A stretch of DNA of 64,000 nucleotides, taken from Eledone cirrhosa (taxonomy: Eukaryota). Made by a program: the position numbers and the translations under genes. Shown here piece by piece: positions 1-14,289 of the stretch. The number at the start of each line of letters is the position of its first letter. The first letter of the stretch is position 1. The notes beneath the pieces are model-generated. The model saw nothing but the letters and a program-made list of their open reading frames with translations, had not been told where the DNA came from and searched no databases. The stretch lies in contig OZ024742.1 in assembly GCA_964016885.1 (NCBI GenBank), forward strand, positions 64,418,001 through 64,482,000. Reading direction: 5' to 3'.

Positions 1-3000
1 TGGTTTACCATAATGGGCACTGGCCTGAAGTGTAGAGGAAGGAGTGTTATCATGGGATGTACTGGTCTACATTGTAAAGTGGGTTACCAGAGGAGATACT
101 GGTCTGAAGTGAAGAGGAGGGGTTTACCATGGGAGGTACTGGTCTGAAGTGAAGAGGAGGGGTTTACCATGGGAGATACTGATCTGAAGTGTAGAGGAGG
201 GGTTTACCATGGGAGGTACTGGTCTGAAGTGTAGAGGAGGGGTTTACCATGGGAGGTACTGGTCTGAAGTGTAAATGATGGGTTTACCATGGGAGGTACT
301 GGTCTGAAGTGTAAAGGAGGGGTTTACCATGGGAGGTACTGGTCTGAAGTGTAAATGAGGGGTTTACCATGGGAGGTAGTGGTCTGAAGTGTAAAGGAGG
401 GGTTTACCATGGGAGGTACTGGTCTGAAGTGTAGAGGAGGGGTTTACCATGGGAGATACTGGTCTGAAGTGTAGAGGAGGGGTTTACCATGGGAGGTACT
501 GGTCTGAAGTGTAAATGATGGGTTTACCATGGGAGGTACTGGTCTGAAGTGTAAAGGAGGGGTTTACCATGGGAGGTACTGGTCTGAAGTGTAAATGATG
601 GGTTTACCATGGGAGGTACTGGTCTGAAGTGTAAATGAGGGGTTTACCATGGGAGGTACTGGTCTGAAGTGTAAATGAGGGGTTTACCATGGGAGGTACT
701 GGTCTGAAGTGTAGAGGAGGGGTTTACCATGGGAGGTACTGGTCTGAAGTGTAGAGGAGGGGTTTACCATGGGAGGTACTGGTCTGAAGTGTAAAGGAGG
801 GGTTTACCATGGGAGGTACTGGTCTGAAGTGTAGAGGAGGGGTTTACCATGGGAGGTACTGGTCTGAAGTGTAAAGGAGGGGTTTACCATGGGAGGTACT
901 GGTCTGAAGTGTAGAGGAGGGGTTTACCATGGGAGGTACTGGTCTGAAGTGTAGAGGAGGGGTTTACCATGGGAGGTACTGGTCTGAAGTGTAGAGGAGG
1001 GGTTTACCATGGGAGGTACTGGTCTGAAGTGTAAATGAGGGGTTTACCATGGGAGGTACTGGTCTGAAGTGTAAATGATGGGTTTACCATGGGAGGTACT
1101 GGTCTGAAGTGTAAATGAGGGGTTTACCATGGGAGGTACTGGTCTGAAGTGTAAATGAGGGGTTTACCATGGGAGGTACTGGTCTGAAGTGTAGAGGAGG
1201 GGTTTACCATGGGAGGTACTGGTTTGAAGTGTAGAGGAGGGGTTTACCATGGGAGGTACTGGTCTGAAGTGTAGAGGAGGGGTTTACCATGGGAGGTACT
1301 GGTCTGAAGTGTAAAGGAGGGGTTTACCATGGGAGGTACTGGTCTGAAGTGTAGAGGAGGGGTTTACCATGGGAGGTACTGGTCTGAAGTGTAAAGGAGG
1401 GGTTTACCATGGGAGGTACTGGTCTGAAGTGTAGAGGAGGGGTTTACCATGGGAGGTACTGGTCTGAAGTGTAGAGGAGGGGTTTACCATGGGAGGTACT
1501 GGTCTGAAGTGTAGAGGAGGGGTTTACCATGGGAGGTACTGGTCTGAAGTGTAGAGGAGGGGTTTACCATGGGAGATACTGGTCTGAAGTGTAGAGGAGG
1601 GGTTTACCATGGGAGGTACTGGTCTGAAGTGTAAATGAGGGGTTTACCATGGGAGGTACTGGTCTGAAGTGTAGAGGAGGGGTTTACCATGGGAGATACT
1701 GGTCTGAAGTGTAGAGGAGGGGTTTACCATGGGAGATACTGGTCTGAAGTGTAGAGGAGGGGTTTACCATGGGAGGTACTGGTCTGAAGTGTAAATGAGG
1801 GGTTTACCATGGGAGGTACTGGTCTGAAGTGTAGAGGAGGGGTTTACCATGGGAGGTACTGGTCTGAAGTGTAGAGGAGGGGTTTACCATGGGAGATACT
1901 GGTCTGAAGTGTAGAGGAGGGGTTTACCAGAGGAGGTACTGGTCTGAAGTGTAAATGAGGGGTTTACCATGGGAGGTACTGGTCTGAAGTGTAGAGGAGG
2001 GGTTTACCATGGGAGGTACTGGTCTGAAGTGTAGAGGAGGAGTTTACCATGAGAGGTACTGGTTTGAAGTGTAGAGGAGGGGTTTACCATGGGAGGTACT
2101 GGTCTGAAGTGTAGAGGAGAGTTTACCATGGGAGATACTGGTCTGAAGTGTAGAGGAGGGGTTTACCATGGGAGATACTGGTCTGAAGTGTAGAGGAGGG
2201 GTTTACCATGGGAGGTAGTGGTCTGAAGTGTAGAGGAGGGGTTTACCATGGGAGGTACTGGTCTGAAGTGTAGAGGAGAGTTTACCATGGGAGGTACTGG
2301 TCTGAAGTGTAAAGGAGGGGTTTACCATGGGAGGTACTGGTCTGAAGTGTAAAGGAGGGGTTTACCATGGGAGGTACTGGTCTGAAGTGTAAAGGAGGGG
2401 TTTACCATGGGAGGTACTGGTCTGAAGTGTAAATGAGGGGTTTACCATGGGAGATACTGGTCTGAAGTGTAAAGGAGGGGTTTACCATGGGAGGTACTGG
2501 TCTGAAGTGTAGAGGAGGGGTTTACCATGGGAGGTACTGGTCTGAAGTGTAGAGGAGGGGTTTACCATGGGAGGTACTGGTCTGAAGTGTAGAGGAGGGG
2601 TTTACCATGGGAGGTACTGGTCTGAAGTGTAGAGGAGGGGTTTACCATGGGAGGTAGTGGTCTGAAGTGTAGAGGAGGGGTTTACCATGGGAGGTACTGG
2701 TCTGAAGTGTAGAGGAGGGGTTTACCATGGGAGGTACTGGTCTGAAGTGTAGAGGAGGGGTTTACCATGGGAGGTAGTGGTCTGAAGTGTAGAGGAGGGG
2801 TTTACCATGGGAGGTAGTGGTCTGAAGTGTAGAGGAGGGGTTTACCATGGGAGGTACTGGTCTGAAGTGTAGAGGAGGGGTTTACCATGGGAGGTACTGG
2901 TCTGAAGTGTAGAGGAGGGGTTTACCAGAGGAGGTACTGGTCTGAAGTGTAGAGGAGGGGTTTACCATGGGAGGTACTGGTCTGAAGTGTAAAGGAGGGG

Positions 3001-4610
3001 TTTACCATGGGAGGTAGTGGTCTGAAGTGTAGAGGAGGGGTTTACCATGGGAGGTACTGGTCTGAAGTGTAAAGGAGGGGTTTACCATGGGAGGTACTGG
3101 TCTGAAGTGTAAAGGAGGGGTTTACCATGGGAGGTACTGGTCTGAAGTGTAAATGAGGGGTTTACCATGGGAGGTACTGGTCTGAAGTGTAAATGAGGGG
3201 TTTACCATGGGAGGTACTGGTCTGAAGTGTAAAGGAGGGGTTTACCATGGGAGATACTGGTCTGAAGTGTAAAGGAGGGGTTTACCATGGGAGGTACTGG
3301 TCTGAAGTGTAGAGGAGGGGTTTACCATGGGAGATACTGGTCTGAAGTGTAAATGAGGGGTTTACCATGGGAGGTACTGGTCTGAAGTATAAAGGAGGGG
3401 TTTACCATGGGAGGTACTGGTCTGAAGTGTAGAGGAGGGGTTTACCATGGGAGGTACTGGTCTGAAGTGTAGAGGAGGGGTTTACCATGGGAGGTACTGG
3501 TCTGAAGTGTAAAGGAGGGGTTTACCATGGGAGGTACTGGTCTGAAGTGTAAAGGAGGGGTTTACCATGGGAGGTACTGGTCTGAAGTGTAGAGGAGGGG
3601 TTTACCATGGGAGGTACTGGTCTGAAGTGTAAAGGAGGGGTTTACCATGGGAGGTACTGGTCTGAAGTGTAGAGGAGGGGTTTACCATGGGAGATACTGG
3701 TCTGAAGTGTAGAGGAGGGGTTTACCATGGGAGGTACTGGTCTGAAGTGTAGAGGAGGGGTTTACCATGGGAGGTACTGGTCTGAAGTGTAAAGGAGGGG
3801 TTTACCATGGGAGGTACTGGTCTGAAGTGTAAAGGAGGGGTTTACCATGGGAGGTACTGGTCTGAAGTGTAAAGGAGGGGTTTACCATGGGAGATACTGG
3901 TCTGAAGTGTAGAGGAGGGGTTTACCATGGGAGGTACTGGTCTGAAGTGTAAAGGAGGGGTTTACCATGGGAGGTACTGGTCTGAAGTGTAGAGGAGGGG
4001 TTTACCATGGGAGGTACTGGTCTGAAGTGTAGAGGAGGGGTTTACCATGGGAGGTACTGGTTTGAAGTGTAGAGGAGGGGTTTACCATGGGAGGTACTGG
4101 TCTGAAGTGTAGAGGAGGGGTTTACCATGGGAGGTACTGGTCTGAAGTGTAGAGGAGGGGTTTACCATGGGAGGTACTGGTCTGAAGTGTAGAGGAGGGG
4201 TTTACCATGGGAGGTACTGGTCTGAAGTGTAGAGGAGGGGTTTACCATGGGAGGTACTGGTTTGAAGTGTAGAGGAGGGGTTTACCATGGGAGGTACTGG
4301 TCTGAAGTGTAAAGGAGGGGTTTACCATGGGAGATACTGGTCTGAAGTGTAGTGGGGGATTTACATGGGATATACTAGTCTGGATTGTAAAGGAGAGTTT
4401 ACTGTGGGAGGTAGTGGTCTGAAGTGTAAAAGAGGGGGTCACATGAGATATGCTGGCCCAGAGAGTTGAGTGGGGTTTACTATGAGAGATACTGGCCTGA
4501 AGTGTAGAGTAGGGTTTACCATGGGAGATACTGGCCTGAAGTGTAGAGTGAGAGCTTCCATGGGATGTTCTGCCCTGAAGTGTAGAGGAAGGCTTAGCAT
4601 GGGACTTGCT
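1..4610. repeat. 40-bp satellite/minisatellite array (GGTTTACCATGGGAGGTACTGGTCTGAAGTGTAGAGGAGG)n, roughly 110 copies
   Basis: Direct 40-nt periodicity; highly homogeneous core with GTAGAGGA/GTAAAGGA/GTAAATGA variants; degenerate at both ends. Confidence 0.98.
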
Positions 4611-5149
4611 ATATGCAGATGACCTAGTGTAATATGAGAAAGCATGGATGAACTAAGTGAGTAGATGAAGAGGTGGAAATGAATGCATGGAGGCACAATG
4701 TACAAAAGTGAATATTAGAAAATATTGGAAAGACAAAGGTAAATACGACTTGTACAGGCTCGCCCCTTATCTCCTTTTGTTGTGGACCTCTTCTTTGCTA
4801 GACGTCAAAGCACTTTTGTCACTTTGCAAATGGTTTACTCATGAACACCGATGGGTTGAGAACTTCTTTTGTCATTGCTTCAGAAATTAAGTTTTGAGAA
4901 AAGCAAAGAGTGTTCAAGACTCATTTATGACAAAAGAAGAGTTCCACAACAAAGGGAGCCTGTGTAAGTTGTGTTCCTCTGGGTGAAGCATGTGGTGAGG
5001 TGAAAAGGACATAAAGATGGTTATGTGCATGAAGGGTGCTCGAGTGAACTCCATTACATATGGATGGATATATGGAAAATGTAGCAGTATGAAAGTATTA
5101 TCAAATCACGTGACATCTATATTCAGGTGTCATGGAGAGGGTGTTGAAC

Positions 5150-5640
5150 TGAATCTTGGGAAAATGTGAAAACGTTTTGTTAATTTAGAGACATGTTGAA
5201 TAGAGAGGGTGGATCAGACTTGGTGACAATAACTAAAATCAAGATGCAAATGGAAGAAATTTTGGAAATTGAGTGGCATCCTAATGAGAAGGGGAATATC
5301 ATTGTAACAGAAATGATAGGTGTATGATGCATGCTGTGAATGTTGTGAAGAGAAGTGGAACGAGTTGGTTGGGTTATGTTTTTAGCCAGAATGAATGTGA
5401 TTAGGTAAGAGAAATAGAGCCAATGATTAATGTTGTTAAGGGAAATAGAGTGAAATGGCTAGGGCCTGTGTTGAGGAAGGATGAAAGTGACTGGGTGAAA
5501 GGAGGATGAAAGTGGAAGAAGGAAAAGATCAAGAAAGATATGGCTAAAGATAATGGAGGAGGAAATGAAAACCAGTTGGTAGTTGAAAGGAGATGCAGAC
5601 AAATGGGCAAAATGGAGAAGCTTGTCATGGGGTCATCACA
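5150..5640 (+). mobile_element. Highly decayed RTE-clade LINE 3' fragment
   Basis: Recognisable remnants of the FCYLGDML...GG, WKKF.EL and RVKWLG.VLRKDESDWVK motifs, similar to the better-preserved RTE copies in this window. Confidence 0.5.
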
Positions 5641-6316
5641 AGGCTAAACCTTGCTTTAGTAATGAAAATGGTTTTGAAACACGTTGTACAGCAAACCAGT
5701 TAAAATATTAAGTTCAGTAAAAATGACACAGGGGTTGAATCAAACATCAGCATAACAGAGTTAACTTTAACCTAAACCCATGCTAGCGTGGAAGATAGAC
5801 GTTAAACGATGATGATGATGAGTTTCTTTCCATAGAACAAGTGAAACATTGTATTATTTCATACATATATACACACACATATCACTTGCATGGCGATACA
5901 GAAATCATTGTGACATCGACAAAAGAGATAAGACTGAAAGGAAATATATATAATAAATGCAATATTACATAGAAATATGATATGAGGTGTAACAGTTAGG
6001 AAAACTAGATTTACTAGATACAATGATAATTCTTGATAGGGAAAAATATATAGTTGCTTTGATATTCAATATTATACTAGTGCTGATTTTATCAATCTTG
6101 AAGGAATACTAAAGCAAAAATCAATCTTGGTAAGTTTTGAATTCAGAACCAAATGAAACAAGACTAATGCTGTAAGACACTCAATGGGCACTTTACTATT
6201 TCCAACTTGATAACCTTATTAACATTTTACATAGGAAAAATACTAAGAAAATTATCAAAATATGTAGACAATCACTGTATGTCAATATATATCATAATCA
6301 CCATCATTATTTAATA

Positions 6317-6958
6317 GGGCGGTGGATTGGCAGTATCTGTAGAGGGTCGGACGCCATGCTTTGACGCATAGAGTTACGGCCCTTGCCATTCTGAGTTCAA
6401 ATCCTGCCGAGGTTAACTTTGCCTTTCATCCTTACGGGGTCGAGAAAATAAAGTACCAGTAATACACTGGGTAATTGCTGGCCTTGTGCCAAAAGTAGAA
6501 ACAATTATTTAATAGCTATAAGGTGGATTGGCAGTATCGGTAGAGGGTCGGACGCCATGATTTCCAGCATAGTTACGTCCCTTTACGATCTGAGTTCAAA
6601 TCCCACCGAGGTTGACTTTGCCTTTCATCCTTACGGGGTCGATAAAATAAAGTACCAGTAATGTACTGGGTAATTGCTGGCCTTGTGCCAAAAGTAAAAA
6701 CAATTATTTAATAGCTATAAGGGCAGTATCGGTAGAGGGTCGGACGCCATGCTTTGACGCATAGAGTTACGGCTCTTGCCATTCTGAGTTCAAATCCAAT
6801 CGAGGTTAACTTTGCCTTTCATCCTTATGGGGTCGATAAAATAAAGTACCAGTAATACACTGGGTAATTGTTGGCCTTGTGCCAAAAATAGAAACAATTA
6901 TTTAATATCTGGGTAATTGCTGGCCTTGTGCCAAAAGTAGAAACAATTATTTAATATC
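6317..6958 (+). mobile_element. Stack of three full and one truncated tRNA-derived SINE (Meta-domain-like: TTTGCCTTTCATCCTTACGGGGTCGATAAAATAAAGTACCAG)
   Basis: A-box (TGGCAGTATCGG) and B-box (GAGTTCAAATCC); central domain repeated three times; each copy ends in AAACAATTATTTAATA. Confidence 0.88.
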
Positions 6959-8475
6959 TATTTTCTCTTCTAGCAAAGGTTGGATGGACTGTCACAGACC
7001 AAGTCACTACTTAATCAGAGTTACTGACCTCTCAGGTGAGCTGGGAAAGCAGTATCTCAACTACCTACATTCCTGCGCTCTTGAGTGCACCAGGTGAATT
7101 TTACAGTACTAGTTTCCGGGATGCCTTTCTTATCACCAAACACTTTACAAAGTGTACTGGGTGCATATTATCAGGTCACCAATATTAGAGAGCCCTTCAT
7201 ATCACCAACTATCATACAGGATGCATTGGGTGTATTTTTGTGGCACCAGCACTAGAGAAATTGTCATGACTGAAGGGTACTTTCAACTCTTTTTTGGCAT
7301 GGCTTTTGTGGCTGGAAGCCTTTCCAAATACCAACAATTTTCCAGTGTGTACTGGGTGCATTTTATCATGGTTCCAGCACTAAGTAGGTTGTTGGTCTCT
7401 GACTCAACTGAAAAGTGCTTTCTACCCTATGGGGGGGGGGGGGGAGATAAGGGCAATATGATGAAAGGTAGGAAGGATATGTAATGAGTTTCAAAAAGTG
7501 GATGTATGAGAAAGAAGAGATGAGAAAGTATGTTATTGGTAAATCACAAATGTGGTGGAATTTCAAAGGGTAATGAGAGGGAGGAGACAGGGTGATCTTG
7601 GATAGAATGGAGAATACACTTAGTACACTCTATAAAGTGGTTGGTGATAGGAAGGGCATTCAGCCATTCTACCAAACAAAGAACCAGGTGGACTCTTCAG
7701 CTATGTCAAAGACATGATAACTTCCCTAATGCTAGTGTCACAATAAAATGCACATAGTGGTATACGGGAACATATATAAGCAAGATGTGGGTCCACAGCC
7801 CTTCTGAGCACTTGGTAGAATGTGCTGGAACACATGTAAACGAGAAGCAGGCCCCCAGTACATTAAAAGGTCAGTAGCTCCACTTTCTTGGACATGTCTT
7901 TAGAATGCCATCAACAAGATATGCAAGGCTCTGGCCGGAAGCCAGAAGGTGGGAAAAGGAAATGTGGACGTCCATTAACAACATGGAAGAGGACAGTCCT
8001 GAAGGATCTAGATGCAGAAGAGCTGAGTTGGGAGGTGATATATAGTAGCATCTATTAATTTCTTGTGGACACATGGCCAATTTCTACATAAGGATCAATC
8101 AAGTTGATAAAATCAACGACCCTACTAGATTACTGGTACTTAGAACCATAGAACCTCAGCATTGTCGTTCAACTTGTTAGAAATAGCAGTCAAATTTCCC
8201 TCAAATTACACAACCGCCTTGAAAAAGAGTAGGGAAACGTTGGACAATATCTTCCTGAGTAGCCCTAAAAAATCGAAATGGGAATGTCAGGAATGACATA
8301 GCACCAAACATCACAATAACAAGGACACATTGAAATTTGAGTTCACATCAAAATATCATAAAGTATTAGGTAATTATTAATATAGTAAAAACTAAACTTC
8401 AAAAAGATTATAAAACATGAAAACATCCGACAATCTCCGTAAATATAAAAGAAGTATTACTGGATTCCGAGGAAG

Positions 8476-9430
8476 TTGTATATATTAAACATCTATCTTG
8501 ATCTACTTACTGCCTCTTTTAAACCTTATCATAAACTTAACAAAAATCTTAGATATATACACAAAGAGTCTTGCCATCCCCCTATAGTTTTTAAAAATCT
8601 TATTCCCAACATTAGCCGTAAGATTTTTACCTTATCTTCATCTCTAGACATTTTTAATAAAGCCCTTAATAACAGCGGATTTACAGAACACATTAATTAT
8701 TTACCTACTCCTCCCGCTAAAACTAACCACAATAGGAAAAGGAAAATTATTTGGTTTACCCCCCCCCCCCTTCTCTCTAACTGTCAAAACTAATGTAGGA
8801 AGGAAATTCCTTGACCTCTTAGACTAACATTTTCCTCCTAATCATAGCTATTATAAGATATTTAATAGAAATGTAGTTAAAATCAGTTACCCTTGCTGCC
8901 CATAAATGAAGTCTAAAATCACTAATTCTAATCGTACGAGAATAAATCCAGGATGCAGTTGCAGGAAGCCGGATGAATGCCCATTACAGGGCAAATGTAA
9001 CACCAAATCCTTTGTATATGAGGCCAAACTGACACCTTTAATTAACAACCAGCCAGCCAGGAGTGAACGATATGTTGGCATGACTCAGGACAGGTTTAAA
9101 ACCAGGTTTTATGCACATGTCGCTTCTTTTAAACACTCCGATAAAAGAACAGCAACGGCTCTCGCAAATAAGGTGTGGGAATTCAAGGATAAAAACATCC
9201 CATACTCGATCGATTGGTCTATTTTAGACCATTCGAGGGAGTACCAAAGAGGCACAAAGAATTGTTCTTTGTGTACCACTGAAAAATTTAGGATTTTACA
9301 AAACTTGAAAGCCACTTCAACTTGCCTGAACTCCAAGACAGAGATCTTCAGATGTTGTCCTCACCTGAAATCACATCTGATCTGTAACTGGATTAACATT
9401 CCTACGATAACTCAACCACCTTGAACTTCT
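8476..9430 (+). mobile_element. Penelope-like retroelement 3' part (RT thumb/linker + GIY-YIG endonuclease), frameshifted
   Basis: ORF 8476-8793 (YIHKESCHPP...RKRKIIWFTPP) and ORF 8906-9424 (CSCRKPDECPLQGKC...VYEAK...YVGMTQDRFKTRFYAH...CSLCTTEK) match the PLE linker Cys motif and a GIY-YIG nuclease. Confidence 0.9.
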
Positions 9431-9629
9431 TCTCTGCTCTCTATGCCTTACATCCACTACAAGTTTTTTACCTTCTGAACTCACTTTCTGTACTCTTATA
9501 TTCTTTTTCTCCCTTATCTCGCCTTATATTTAAACCTTTTCCTATGTCATTTATTTTCCTTATTTCCCCCCCTACTTTCTACCTTACCCTTTACATACCC
9601 ACCTTTTTTATTTTTAGATATTTATTTCT

Positions 9630-10180
<551 letters not shown>

Positions 10181-10389
10181 ACATAGTGATTTAATGCTTA
10201 TTTTCATTGATCATTTGCTCCAGGAACTTGTTGAGTGCTCTAAATCAGCTATAAACATTTATACCCTTTTCTAATTATTTATTTATTTATTATTTGTCGT
10301 ATTCCCAACTATTTGTTTACCCCTTTCACCTTTTTAATTTTATATATATATATATAATATTTATGTATTTTCTTATATATGTGTGTGTG

Positions 10390-10446
<57 letters not shown>

Positions 10447-10525
10447 GAAAGGTATAGAAAGTATTGTAGCAAGAAGCCAACAGTATTCCATAATATATAT
10501 ATATGTGTATGTATATATATATTAT

Positions 10526-11165
10526 GTCAGGTCACCAGTTGGTGCTACTGGTAACATGTATCCCAGTACAACCTGTCTCATGGTCGGGTCGTTGGCGACT
10601 AAACTGGCAACCCCACCAAGGTTTCTTGGTGAGGAGGGTGACTTTGGACATCCTGCAGGACTAAAAACAAAACCTGTCAAAGGGCAAAGGAGCTCTTAAG
10701 AGTCAATGGCCATCCAAAATCACCGGGAGAGATGACCCCTTTAGCCTTAGTCAAGGCAGAATTCTAGGAGAAGGAAAACTCTGATATAACACCTGCAACC
10801 CTGATGGTATCCAATGATGTTGACTTGTTCTTCTTTTTGGTAAATAGCATCTTGGTTAAGAGAGTGGGACTGGCTTTGTGCAGTGCCTTTGCTCACTATA
10901 AAAGCTTCACGGCACAGGCATTGCTTTATATCTGGAGATCTCTCTGCACTTGTCCTCACATGGGCCCAGCACTATGTGTCAATAATTGTCCTACCATGGG
11001 CCTAGCACTATGTGTCAATAATTGTCATAGGTGTAGTGTTTGTACCAGAGGTTTCAGGTCGCTGGCTGGACTAAAAAGTCACACTCGTTCAGCGCTTCGG
11101 TAGGGGTTATCCTACATGGATGTAAAGTAGTGGCCGTACTCGAAAACGAGTTGGCAGCCACCATG
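10526..11165 (+). mobile_element. About 620-bp non-autonomous RTE-derived element, copy 1
   Basis: Near-identical to 41491-42100; 3' part encodes a C2H2-like remnant CSVCTRGFRSLAGLKSHTRS; ends CTCGAAAACGAGTTGGCAGCCACC(ATGT)n. Confidence 0.75.
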
Positions 11166-11344
11166 TATATATATATATATATATATATTTAAGAGTTAAA
11201 CAAGGTTCAATGAATATTTCTAAGAATGAGTTTTACACATATGTGTGTATGTATTTGTATGTATGTGTGTGTATATGTATGTATATATATATATATATAT
11301 CATCATCACCATCGTTTAACGTCCATATTCCACGCTTGCATGGG

Positions 11345-11375
<31 letters not shown>

Positions 11376-11498
11376 ATGTATATATATATTTAAGAGTTAA
11401 ACAAGGTTCAATGAATACTTCTAAGAATGAGTTTTACACACATACATGTGTGTATTTGTATGTATGTGTGTGTATATGTATGTATATGTATATATGTG

Positions 11499-11561
<63 letters not shown>

Positions 11562-11834
11562 TTATTTTTATGTGTGTATGTGCAATTGTGTGTATTGCTT
11601 ACCACGTGTGTTTGTTCATTTATTTGTTGCCTGTATCGCTGTCAACTTTATAATTTTTACATTTATTTTTATTCTTATGTGACGGTATTTTTATTATATT
11701 TTTTCTCATAATTATTTGTGTGTGCGTATGTAGGTGTGTATACATATATCTATATTTGTGTATGCGTGTATATATGTGTGTATGTATGTCTGTATGTAGC
11801 TGTGTATATATGTATGATTGTGTGTATATATATA

Positions 11835-12428
<594 letters not shown>

Positions 12429-12533
12429 TGTATGTATGGATATGTTGATATATGTGTGTATGTGTGTATGTATGTATATGTATTTGTATGTGTATGTATG
12501 TATATATATATGTGTGTGTGTATATGTATGTAT

Positions 12534-12874
12534 GGAGGCACATGGCTTAGTGGTTAGAGCATTGGCCTTGCAATCGAAAGGTTGTGAGTTCAATTCTCAG
12601 ACCGGGTGATGTGTTGTTTCCTTGAGCAAGACACTTTATTTCACATTGCTCCAGTTTACTCAGCTGTAGAAATGAGATGATACGGACTGGGGTCCATATC
12701 ATTCCACTGCAAAGTGGTCGTGGAGGTGCCACGGCAAAAAAGCACCCAGCACTCACTGTAAATGAGGTTGGTGTTAGGAAGGGCATCCAGCTGTAGAAAT
12801 TAAGCCAGAATCAGTTCCCGTCGCACCCTTGCAAGCAGGGAAAAAGCGGACGTAAAATAAGATGATGATGATGA
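12534..12874 (+). mobile_element. tRNA-derived CORE-like SINE with RTE-type tail
   Basis: A-box TGGCTTAGTGG, B-box GAGTTCAATTC, CORE-like CCTTGAGCAAGACACTTTA...CTCAGCTGTA, (GAT)n tail; near-identical to 27609-27955. Confidence 0.88.
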
Positions 12875-13325
12875 AATGGTGTGTGTGTGGGTGTGGGTGT
12901 GGGTGTGGGTGTGGGTGTGTGTGTGTGTGTGTGTGTGTGTGTTTATTTTTCCTTTCCTTCTTCCTTTTCCAGCCTCACTTTCATATAGATTATATTTTTA
13001 TTTTTAAAATCCAATGTCAATAGATACACCAGGATTTTTTTATTCTGATGATTGAAAGCAAAATTTGTTTGCTTTCAAGAAACCATTGGTAAATGAAATA
13101 ATTGCCTTATGTTGTTTATTACATAACTATTAAGCTCTGTAACCTACATAGAGCACTCTTTTTTCCTGGACCTTTCCGACGGAATTACTTCATTTACACA
13201 TATATTAAACATCGACAATAAATATTTAAAATCAGAGTTTCAAAACTAATCTAAATGGAATGTGTGTGAAATTACAAACTTGTGGAAAAAGTACACATTA
13301 CATCAAAAAAGTGTGTCTGTGCATG

Positions 13326-13357
<32 letters not shown>

Positions 13358-13597
13358 GGTGTGTACAGGGGCCTCGTTTACCTTTAAAATGCGAGGGGGT
13401 CAAAGCAACATTTGTTCATTCTTAAAGTATTGCTTATGGTGCCTTTCCGAAACCCTTATCACATACGTAAAATTAAATTTTATATATTCAAATGTTCGGA
13501 TATAAAAAAATAAGCTTAAAAAGAATTTATTATATCAAATAAACAAAAAATAAAACAGACGTTTGAAAAAGTGGCCCTTTACCTTTTACATACACAC

Positions 13598-13638
<41 letters not shown>

Positions 13639-13691
13639 TGTGTGTATAAAAGATAGAAATTTAAAATTGCGTTGATAATTTATATAGTTTA

Positions 13692-13970
13692 CCCTTTTGA
13701 TACCAGCCTGCCTGGATCTGACACTGGTTCTATGAAACAAAATCATTTGTTTATACGTGTTCAAATTTAGATTTAAAACATTCCATTAAAATTTTATACG
13801 CAAACTTTTTATTAAATCATTCATTTAATATTGATTTAACATACCTTAATCAAAGTATTAGAAACTTTTTTTTTTACTACGTCCCTTCAAATTCTTGATT
13901 ATCTGCAAAATTAATTGGAACTTAGAATTGTTTTTTTTTTTGTTGTTTTTTTAATATGCTTATGAAAGGG
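13692..13970. mobile_element. piggyBac-type MITE (family 2)
   Basis: CCCTTT...AAAGGG termini; TTAA on the right, TTTA on the left; a related 5' end occurs near 48945. Confidence 0.5.
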
Positions 13971-14289
13971 TTAAGATTCCATCCAAACTAAGATTTCATC
14001 ACACGTTAACAACCAGAAACGTAAATAAACGCACACACACGGTCATAAAATATCGTAAGTATATACAGACGTAAAATCCAAAACTTATATATATACACTC
14101 CCAGGTAATGGGAATGTAAATACACAGACATCTGTATTTTGACCGATAACAAATATTTAGTGGTCACTGGTAAAATAGAGAGAAATACAACTGCTAAACT
14201 TCGAGAACTAAAATAGTCAACAGACTTTGAGAACTAAAATAGTCAACATAATCACATAAAACTTTCAGATGATAATAGTAAAAACTTAC

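Noticed and set aside
1-4610. CRISPR-like regular array
   Set aside because: Head-to-tail 40-bp units with no unique spacers, no cas genes, and a eukaryotic context
10526-10615. HDV-like ribozyme at the 5' end of the RTE-derived element
   Set aside because: P4-like hairpin, CTAA and P2-like pairing are present, but no consistent P1/P3/L3 could be assigned
12534-12605. tRNA genes
   Set aside because: A and B boxes continue into SINE bodies and there is no complete cloverleaf; these are tRNA-derived SINE heads
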